24,039 nucleotides of DNA from a virus (Duplodnaviria; Caudoviricetes). Where the stretch lies: positions 1-24,039 of the IMG/VR virus record IMGVR_UViG_3300031566_000364; one strand, written 5' to 3'. The stretch's first letter is position 1, and the number at the start of each line of letters is the position of its first letter. This document shows positions 17,429 to 24,039 of the stretch, piece after piece. A model generated the notes under the pieces. It ran no database searches. It was not told the DNA's origin and was given only the letters and a program-made list of their open reading frames with translations. The translations under genes and the position numbers were made by a program.

Positions 17429-19141
17429 TTATTCCGATCTTGAAGCCAAACCGGCCATAGAGAATCCGGTGATTTCTTCGTCGATAATGGCCTGCCACAC
17501 GTCAGGGTCACGAACGCGGACTGACAGCCACCACGCACCTGCCGGAATAAGAGTGCCCTCTTTATGCGTGTCTTCGCCGGCTTGGAAACATTCCAGAACG
17601 CAACAATTTAGTGGCTCCTCGTGATTCAATCGGATGAGCTGTGTACTCTCCATAAAGCTGAGCATTCCCTCAGTAATAGCTTCCGCTGTGGCATACTCTC
17701 CGTGAGAGTCTACTTCATTGGGAGCGTATACTATCCCGCTGACAATGTGTTGTGCGCTATTCGACTTCTGTATCTCGAACCGGAGTTCGCTGGAGGTCGA
17801 TTTCTTTGTCGCGACTTCCAGATTAGTTTTGTACTTGTGTTCCTTGAGCCACTTTCTCGCTTGTTCCGGTGTGAACTTACTGGCAGAAAACCGTATTGAT
17901 TGGATCTCAGTTTTCTGGTCGCTCGTTATACCCCAGATGACGTGAATACCGGGACCGAATTTGTTGTTCTCACGTCGGAATCTTACGTACTTGCTCGGCG
18001 GATTCTGCCTGGCAGCATGTTCGTTTGGGAACGGCTTCATAACAAGGTCGAATTCTTTGTTTCCTGCAGCGCTCTTTTTTTTACCAACGATTAGAGCGTT
18101 GCCGTTGAATAGATTGGACACCGTATAAGTGGCGGCATCCAGTTCCTTCAGTTCCCCGTCAGATAGCCCGACTTCGCAGCCAACGTCGTCCCCTTCTACC
18201 ACTTCCGTGACGGCCACGACACCGGACTTGGCGACTCTCATCATCTCTGCCAACGCCTTCCCACGGTCCTTGGCGCGAACAAGAGAGTGCTCAGCTACGA
18301 CGACGTCGAAGGAGTTGTCTTGGAAACCGAGCTCTTCTATGAATCCAAGAGAAACCTTGAGTCCCTTTTGTTTTGCCATTTCAACTGCGACAATGTTGTT
18401 GTCGGTGCCTACTACCTCACTTGCGGAAACCGATCGCAGAATCGGGAAAATGCGACCCGGACCGCAACCAACTACCAATACCGTTACCGGGTTGAATCCC
18501 TTGACGGCCTTCGACAACGCAGCCCCATCGTGGATTCGCGACAGTGTCCACTCTTCAAGTTCCTTATAGTGGCGGAACTGTTCATCTGCTTCAAAACCGT
18601 CCGGCCGGTCGATTTTACCGGTGCGTGATTTTGCTCGGAGGACCAGGTCAAATACCGGGATGTGCGGAGAGTACGGACCGGTTGGATTATACATGAAGGC
18701 GGTCTTTTTCTCTACTTGGCTGCGAATTGATTTGGAGACCTTTATTTCCATTCCGGGATTCTCGTGCTGACTCTTTACGACGATGTCTACGACACCGGCC
18801 TCATCTGGTTGAGAAAAGAACTCGCCACAGATTGAGATGTAATCCGGTACTAGTGTGACGTCGCCGAAGGCTGGTACGTCTATCCCAACCATTGTCTTGT
18901 GGAACAGCGACAGATCGATTGAGCCTCTTCTTTTGACTGATAGACCCCTTGCTGACAGCTCCTTCGCTACCAATTCATAGCGGTCAAGTATTTCGGACCG
19001 CGAGAGACCGCCCACTAGCGGGATCCCGATGCTCTTGCGGAAATTCTTGTTCCAAACCTGAATGAATCGCAGTCTAACAGAAAAGAGGTCTTTGTCGCTC
19101 AACGTCTTCAGGTTGTCGCGCTCAATGTCTTCAATGTGCAT
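17429..19141 (-). CDS. Multidomain protein: N-terminal unknown/NTase-like domain, class I SAM methyltransferase, PNEHAAR domain, XkdF-like prohead serine protease (570 aa)
   Basis: MTase: VLVVGCGPG, VVGTD, EELGFQDNSFDVVV, KALAEMMRVAK. Protease: IVSGIVYAPNEVDSHGE, IRLNH, IPAGAWW..VRV.D..VW..I....ITGFSMAG. Located between portal and scaffold. Confidence 0.88.
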   Translation of the reverse strand: MHIEDIERDNLKTLSDKDLFSVRLRFIQVWNKNFRKSIGIPLVGGLSRSEILDRYELVAKELSARGLSVKRRGSIDLSLFHKTMVGIDVPAFGDVTLVPDYISICGEFFSQPDEAGVVDIVVKSQHENPGMEIKVSKSIRSQVEKKTAFMYNPTGPYSPHIPVFDLVLRAKSRTGKIDRPDGFEADEQFRHYKELEEWTLSRIHDGAALSKAVKGFNPVTVLVVGCGPGRIFPILRSVSASEVVGTDNNIVAVEMAKQKGLKVSLGFIEELGFQDNSFDVVVAEHSLVRAKDRGKALAEMMRVAKSGVVAVTEVVEGDDVGCEVGLSDGELKELDAATYTVSNLFNGNALIVGKKKSAAGNKEFDLVMKPFPNEHAARQNPPSKYVRFRRENNKFGPGIHVIWGITSDQKTEIQSIRFSASKFTPEQARKWLKEHKYKTNLEVATKKSTSSELRFEIQKSNSAQHIVSGIVYAPNEVDSHGEYATAEAITEGMLSFMESTQLIRLNHEEPLNCCVLECFQAGEDTHKEGTLIPAGAWWLSVRVRDPDVWQAIIDEEITGFSMAGLASRSE

Positions 19142-20567
19142 CGGCCTTTGTCCTTTTATTTCGCTTCCTACGCCGTGTCAACACGCGTACATTATTCTCA
19201 GTCCGCTTGGCCAAGTTCTTGTTTGCGGTATCTTCGTCTGTGTTCCCGTTCTTGCCGGCAGTTTCCTCGTTTCTTACATTCGGCGGCAAACCGGTACCGC
19301 TAGCAGCCACTACCGGTGACATCGGGATTGTTGTCAACTGCTTGGAGATGTAAAACTGGTCGCCATCCTTGTACGGCTTGAGACCCTTGAACTTTCTAAC
19401 CTCATTCGGAGTGAGCACCCCATGCTGTATATCGGCGTTGTGCATGCGGCTCATCTTGACGGGGTCACCCTGGAGAAAGGCGTCCAGCTCATAGCCGAAA
19501 ATCAGTGAGTTGTCCCTAAACTTCGGAATAAGCTCGCGGTTGAGAACGTCGCGAATCATGAGGAGCTTAGGCACCATCGTATCGCGATGGAACGCAGTTT
19601 CTTGCAGCTCGTAGTTCGCGAACTTGGCGTAGTCCAGTAGACCGACTTTTACCGGCGGTACCCCAAACACGCTGAGAATCTCCTCGCGGTTGAGACGACG
19701 CAGAAGGAGCAGTTCCATGTCCTTTGTGCTTAGTGCAACAGGAGAATACTTCATGCCGCGAGGAAGTATGGGGGTCTGGTGGGAACCGGAAGGCCCGGTG
19801 AACCAGCGTCGCCAGTCAGAACGAAGGCGCTTAAGTTCCCCGCGACTCAACGGAAAGTCGGTTTCAAGTACCCCTGTGGGGGTGCCACCGTGTTGAAAGA
19901 AGTCCTTGTTGTAAGACGCTGCATACTGTTCAGTGAGAATTGTCTCGGTGGCAGCTTGAATACTGGACTGACCGTGCCAGTCATTGTTCGGGTTGAAATA
20001 ACGGAAGTGTATGATGCTCCGCGGGAGAAACTTACACTTGTAGGTTCCAATCTTAAACGTGTACGACGTGATCCTTTTGCGGTCCTTCGACGTATTTATC
20101 GACATCCTTGACGGCCTCAACGGCCAAATCTCCGCCGGAATGCGCAACCGATTGTATACGATTTCCCAGTAAACCTCTCCGCACAGTTCGAGGTAGATCA
20201 GGGAGACTTCTATGAGATCACGCCACGACATATTCGGATTCGGTCGATCAAGAAGAGTCAACAGGTCGTGGTCCATTAACTCTTCTTTACCGGTTTTCAC
20301 CCGACGATAAAGATGTATCGGTATACCGGAACCAGTCGATGCAATAGCGAAGACACAGCTGTATACCCACACTACTGACTGGTAAAGCGCGATGTACTCC
20401 GCAGCATCTTGCGGCGGTGCGATCTCCGTTCCGCCAAACAAGCTTCCGATAATCACTGGGAGAGTCTGCGACCGCTTGGCAATCGCTATTTGCGTTTTCC
20501 TTGTTGATTCGAGTTCTCCGGCAGTTGTTATACGAGCACTCTTTCTCGTTAACTTACCCACTGTCAT
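19131..20567 (-). CDS. Portal protein (HK97 family), 478 aa
   Basis: WVYSCVFAIA, LLDRPNPNMS, LELCGEVYW, IIHFRYFNP..DWHGQS, FFQHGGTPTGVL, ILSVFGVPP and GVLTPNEVR motifs. Confidence 0.97.
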   Translation of the reverse strand: MTVGKLTRKSARITTAGELESTRKTQIAIAKRSQTLPVIIGSLFGGTEIAPPQDAAEYIALYQSVVWVYSCVFAIASTGSGIPIHLYRRVKTGKEELMDHDLLTLLDRPNPNMSWRDLIEVSLIYLELCGEVYWEIVYNRLRIPAEIWPLRPSRMSINTSKDRKRITSYTFKIGTYKCKFLPRSIIHFRYFNPNNDWHGQSSIQAATETILTEQYAASYNKDFFQHGGTPTGVLETDFPLSRGELKRLRSDWRRWFTGPSGSHQTPILPRGMKYSPVALSTKDMELLLLRRLNREEILSVFGVPPVKVGLLDYAKFANYELQETAFHRDTMVPKLLMIRDVLNRELIPKFRDNSLIFGYELDAFLQGDPVKMSRMHNADIQHGVLTPNEVRKFKGLKPYKDGDQFYISKQLTTIPMSPVVAASGTGLPPNVRNEETAGKNGNTDEDTANKNLAKRTENNVRVLTRRRKRNKRTKADAH

Positions 20568-20585
20568 GCTCCTTGTGGAAATTAA

Positions 20586-21920
20586 CTAGACAAATTGAAT
20601 ACGGGAAAGCATTCCGGCGGAGGCAAACAGCATCATCAGAGCGTCAGCTTCATCCGGGCTCTTTATCCCGCGCTTTTTCAAATCTTTCTTCGATTCAATC
20701 TGTGTTGTCTTGTCACTGCGTATTAGGTACTTAATCGATGTTAGTTGTTTCTTGAGATTGCTATCATTCGGCAACCGCATTTTGTCTTGTTCCAAGCGGA
20801 GACGTATGGCCCAGTACCCTTCAGCTCTGCGATTGAAGAACTTGTAGGCGTCATACGGCGTGTTGCCGCCCTTGAATTCCTCTACCGGATAACCGAGTTC
20901 ATCCAATCGGTCATAGACACCGGCACCTACTCCGAGAGAATCGACAACGATGATTGACGGGTGAAAACTATTGGCTGTTGCAGCAACATCTGCAACGACT
21001 TCCATCGTGTTCCCCCTCGGAAACTTCTGGAACTGGTAGACCCAATTACCCCGCCGTTTTCCGATGACTGTTTGGTTGGCTCCAGAGCGCGCCACATCGA
21101 CAGACATTACTCGGGGGCCCTTGTGTTTTATGTTGCCGCCGCTTTTCTTTTCCATTGCCCGCGTTACCCAGAGAGCGGAAGCAATTTCATTACCGGATTC
21201 TGTTTCATCCCAGTTGCCCTCCAAGTACCGATTGACCCAGTCCGCCGGGTAGTTCCGACGGAGGCCGGCAATGTAGTCTGCTGGCAACGCCAAATTATCC
21301 GATGGCAGTGCTTGCACAAACCGGTGGTCTGGAATGTTTTCAGCGATAAAGCGGTCCCTAACCCAACCGGGCTCGGGATTAGCCGTCAACAACCCGCGGT
21401 AGTATGGACGCGTACCGTCTGGAAGCACGAGGTCAAGTCTCGACATCAGCAAAAGGAAGATATCCTCCGTAACCTCGGTAGCTTCTTCAATCCCGAAGAA
21501 CCCGAGAGTAAACGACTTGATGCGCTCATACGGCTTTTCGACCTGTGTCGGCTTTACTCCGCCGTAGTACAAAATTGACCCATTAATAAATTCGATGTAG
21601 TGTTCCGTCTTGTGCCAGGTACTAATCAACCTGGGATCAAGAAACTGGCCAAGTGTCACCAGCGTGGTTCTCTGTAAAGAGGTAAGTTCGTAGCGACAAA
21701 TGAATCCGACGTTCCCAGGGTACTCTAGGCAAAGTTGAATTGCCTCGTTAACAAACCAAACTGATTTGCCGGCGCGCATGCCGCCGCCGAAAAGGACATA
21801 ACGTTCGGGAGCTCGATGTGCCAACTGTTGCTTTGGATACGGTGTGTACCGTTTTGTCAGGTCCAATGTTGTCCCAGATTCTACGCCCTTTCCGGCGGCT
21901 TTGTACATCGTCGGGCTCAT
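20586..21920 (-). CDS. terL: Terminase large subunit, 444 aa
   Basis: PYPKQ adenine-binding motif, Walker A GGGMRAGKS, Walker B FFGIEEATE, coupling motif LTANP, nuclease motifs VDVARSG, VVDSLGVG and SPDEADAL. Confidence 0.97.
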   Translation of the reverse strand: MSPTMYKAAGKGVESGTTLDLTKRYTPYPKQQLAHRAPERYVLFGGGMRAGKSVWFVNEAIQLCLEYPGNVGFICRYELTSLQRTTLVTLGQFLDPRLISTWHKTEHYIEFINGSILYYGGVKPTQVEKPYERIKSFTLGFFGIEEATEVTEDIFLLLMSRLDLVLPDGTRPYYRGLLTANPEPGWVRDRFIAENIPDHRFVQALPSDNLALPADYIAGLRRNYPADWVNRYLEGNWDETESGNEIASALWVTRAMEKKSGGNIKHKGPRVMSVDVARSGANQTVIGKRRGNWVYQFQKFPRGNTMEVVADVAATANSFHPSIIVVDSLGVGAGVYDRLDELGYPVEEFKGGNTPYDAYKFFNRRAEGYWAIRLRLEQDKMRLPNDSNLKKQLTSIKYLIRSDKTTQIESKKDLKKRGIKSPDEADALMMLFASAGMLSRIQFV

Positions 21921-22402
21921 GCAGTTCTCCCAGCGACGTGCGTAGCTTGCGCGGCAACTTGTGCGGCAGCTTGCAGTTCTTTCTTTTTTCTAAAGCGGCG
22001 CCCGCCGGACAGTGTGACTTCTTCGCCGCCTGGAGTTGCGATTTTCAAATCCGGCAACGCGATTGCTTTCGATTCAATGAATCGCGTTTCCGGCTGGGCT
22101 GGAAGAGCGAGCCGTGCCGGAGGACGGGGGACCGCCGAAATCAACCTAACGGTTAATTTGTTATCGGAGGCAATGTGCTGCTCCACCGGGATTTGCTTGA
22201 AAATAGAGCCATAGACAAAACGCCGGTTCTCATCGCTCAGTCTCGCCCAACGGACTAGGCCCTTAAGGCCGCCAAGTTCGTGGAACGCAGCGAGGAGCCG
22301 CTCTTTGATGAGACGCGTTTGCGTCATCCGCGGCTTGCGACGGCCTCTTTCGCTAGCTGCGTTTAATTTCTCGTACTTGTTGTGTGGACCGAGTATAGCC
22401 AT
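21917..22402 (-). CDS. terS: Putative terminase small subunit, 161 aa
   Basis: ATGA-coupled directly upstream of terL; basic GRRKP N-terminus and helical LLAAFHELGGLKGLVRWA...KQIP core. Confidence 0.65.
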   Translation of the reverse strand: MAILGPHNKYEKLNAASERGRRKPRMTQTRLIKERLLAAFHELGGLKGLVRWARLSDENRRFVYGSIFKQIPVEQHIASDNKLTVRLISAVPRPPARLALPAQPETRFIESKAIALPDLKIATPGGEEVTLSGGRRFRKKKELQAAAQVAAQATHVAGRTA

Positions 22403-22905
22403 TAGACATGTATCCCGAGGACGTAGATGTCGTAGGTGATCGGAGAGGCGTTATCTGCTGCGTGTGCCAGCCGCAGTGTGTCTTCACCGACACCAATGTC
22501 GTAACCAACAAGTGGGGCTTCAATCAGAAGTCGCCCTCCAGCAGGAACCTTGACAATGTCACCGACACCGACCAGCCAGCCTTGCCAAGCCGACGCACCA
22601 CCGCCGACTAATAGGGTGGCCAATGTCCCGCGGTTCTTGATGTAGAGTAACTTGATCTTGGAAAAAGCAAGTTCGTCGCCGAAAGCGTCAACAATTGGCG
22701 CGCTGCCGACAAGGTCTATTCCGACGAAGTTGCCATATGTCAAAATACCGGAATCGGACCAGTGTATATCTGCCGCATTCCCACCAGCCCCGTAGACATT
22801 TTCCATTCCACTTGCCGGCTGGAAGAAGTCCTTCGGGACACTGAGGTCGAGTGCTTTGGTTCCTGTGATAGCGATTGAAATGCGACTTACTCCGGTGATT
22901 ACCAT
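22402..22905 (-). CDS. Putative structural protein, 167 aa, paralog of 13459..13971
   Basis: Motif-level similarity to 13459..13971; TAATG-coupled to terS; AAAGGA upstream. Confidence 0.75.
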   Translation of the reverse strand: MVITGVSRISIAITGTKALDLSVPKDFFQPASGMENVYGAGGNAADIHWSDSGILTYGNFVGIDLVGSAPIVDAFGDELAFSKIKLLYIKNRGTLATLLVGGGASAWQGWLVGVGDIVKVPAGGRLLIEAPLVGYDIGVGEDTLRLAHAADNASPITYDIYVLGIHV

Positions 22906-23099
22906 TTCTCTTGTCCTTTGTGTTGTGTCCTGTTGTTTTCAGAGCCAGTTGCCAACTACCCTGTCTCCACCGGCAACTGGCAGCAGCCACAATGTAATTG
23001 TACCCGGTAGCGGCCTCCTAGCGGAGTATAAAGTCGCAGGCAGATTGCAAATTGTGTTTTCCGGCAGAGTGTTATAGCTCGTCGCTAGCAGCAGCGTCT

Positions 23100-23195
23100 C
23101 GCGCTCGTCGCTGGCGGTAACGCCTAGCGGCGTCGTAACGAGCGGAGGGAGTGGAACGAGCGAAGCGAGTGTAGCGAGCAGAGAGAGCGGAGGCC
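23100..23195 (+). other. GC-rich structured non-coding element, candidate single-strand initiation/primosome assembly signal
   Basis: Hairpin GTCGCT-GGCG-GTAA-CGCC-T-AGCGGC (23107-23131); GCGAAGC mini-hairpin (23160-23166) inside GAACGAGCGAAGCGAGTGTAGCGAG. Confidence 0.4.
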
Positions 23196-23540
23196 CCCCT
23201 AAAAAAATGCAGGTGGAGTTAAAAAGCTGGAAATTGGAAAAAAGGACGTAAGGCGTAAGGGTAGAACAGTAATTTAATTTTTCCATATTTGAAAAATAAT
23301 CTTAATAGTCCCGATTGTAATAATAAGAATAATAATCTTAATAATCAAAAGCTAAAGAATCAATTTTCTTCGGTCCAAATAGTGGTCGAGATTGGTTTAT
23401 ACTTTTACTTTCTTTTTCCAATTTCCCTTTACAATTTCCAATTTCCATTTCCAATTCTCAAGACTTCAAATCTCAATAAGCCCAACAATCAAGAATGCTA
23501 TGCCCATCTTAAAATCTTAATAATCTTAATAATCCCAAAC

Positions 23541-23596
23541 TCACCCAAAATGGCCTCAAAGGTGATAATGGCCTGAATCACCCAAAATGGCCTCAA
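23541..23596. repeat. 19-bp direct repeat TCACCCAAAATGGCCTCAA x2 with a partial copy between
   Basis: Copies at 23541-23559 and 23578-23596; AATGGCCTGAA lies between them. Confidence 0.85.
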
Positions 23597-23603
23597 TCAC
23601 TTT

Positions 23604-24039
23604 TTAAGGCCTTAAATCTTAATAATCCCAATAACCTAGATTATCCATGATGCTTTGCCCACCTTCAAATCTTAATAATCCCAATAATCTTAAAATGTTC
23701 TTAAAAAACAATTTTTGGCCTACAATTTTAATAATTCCAATAATCTTAAAATGTTCTTAAAAACAATTTTAAGGCCTTAAATCTTAATAATCCCAATAAC
23801 CTTAAAATGTTCTTAAAAACAATTTTAAGGCCTTAAATCTTAATAATCCCAATAACCTTAAAATGTTCTTAAAAACAATTTTAAGGCCTTAAATCTTAAT
23901 AATCCCAATAACCTTAAAATGTTCTTAAAAACAATTTTAAGGCCTTAAATCTTAATAATCCCAATAACCTTAAAATGTTCTTAAAAACAATTTTAAGGCC
24001 TTAAATCTTAATAATCCCAATAACCTTAAAATGTTCTTA
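23604..24039. repeat. AT-rich 56-bp tandem repeat array running off the window edge
   Basis: Unit TTAAGGCCTTAAATCTTAATAATCCCAATAACCTTAAAATGTTCTTAAAAACAATT is perfect at 23769, 23825, 23881 and 23937 and partial at 23993. Degenerate or partial copies at 23713, about 23665 and 23604. Confidence 0.97.

Larger units (their letters stand above)
1..24039 (-). mobile_element. Tailed phage/prophage virion morphogenesis region (siphovirus-like)
   Basis: Canonical order terS-terL-portal-protease-scaffold-MCP-connectors-tail tube-chaperone-tape measure-tail tip on one strand, with many ATGA/TAATG overlaps. No sheath gene. No host genes, integrase or att site in the window, so phage versus prophage cannot be decided. 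Confidence 0.97.

Noticed and set aside
18077-18574. DNA methyltransferase of a restriction-modification system
   Set aside because: No DPPY/NPPY/SPPY or PCQ catalytic motif; the motif layout is that of small-molecule/protein class I MTases.
96-22611. The many plus-strand and alternative-frame ORFs (e.g. 158..637, 2654..3175, 15253..16005, 16670..17398, 20961..21578)
   Set aside because: They are antisense or out-of-frame shadows of well-supported minus-strand genes that already tile the region.
1-22905. Alternative genetic code (stop-codon reassignment)
   Set aside because: Genes are full length in the standard code, and TAA, TGA and TAG all occur as real stops next to downstream starts.
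17349-23031. Shared 10-mer CGGAGTATAA in two intergenic regions (17349-17358 minus, 23022-23031 plus) as a late promoter motif
   Set aside because: The copies are in opposite orientation relative to the operon, and a single 10-mer match is plausible by chance.
22939-23576. ORFs 22939..23286 (-) and 23289..23576 (+) as real genes
   Set aside because: Low-complexity translations across a structured GC island and an AT-rich repeat-derived region; no recognisable motifs.
23604-24039. CRISPR array
   Set aside because: Units are head-to-tail identical with no unique spacers, and no cas genes are present.

Overview
The window is the virion-morphogenesis half of a tailed dsDNA phage or prophage (HK97-fold head, non-contractile siphovirus-type tail). 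All credible genes lie on the minus strand and are tightly coupled. Read right to left they are: paralog of a head-region gene, terS, terL, portal, a multidomain prohead-protease fusion, scaffold, major capsid protein, about 10 head-accessory genes (including two right-handed beta-helix proteins), head-tail connector, holin-like protein, head closure, gp10-like protein, tail terminator, tail tube, tail chaperone with a -1 frameshift, tape measure and three tail-tip genes (the last runs off the left edge). The most unusual part is the head-maturation module. The protease appears split across two genes. Its main body sits at the C-terminus of a 570-aa protein carrying a class I SAM methyltransferase domain and a possible degenerate nucleotidyltransferase domain. 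The missing EVSLVDxPA strand sits at the N-terminus of the next (scaffold) gene, which also has a nested internal start and an acidic tail facing a basic capsid-protein N-arm. The right end is non-coding: a GC-rich structured element resembling a primosome-assembly (ssi) signal, then an AT-rich 56-bp tandem array with a 14-bp palindrome that runs off the window. All functional calls come from motif recognition and synteny; no database search was run.
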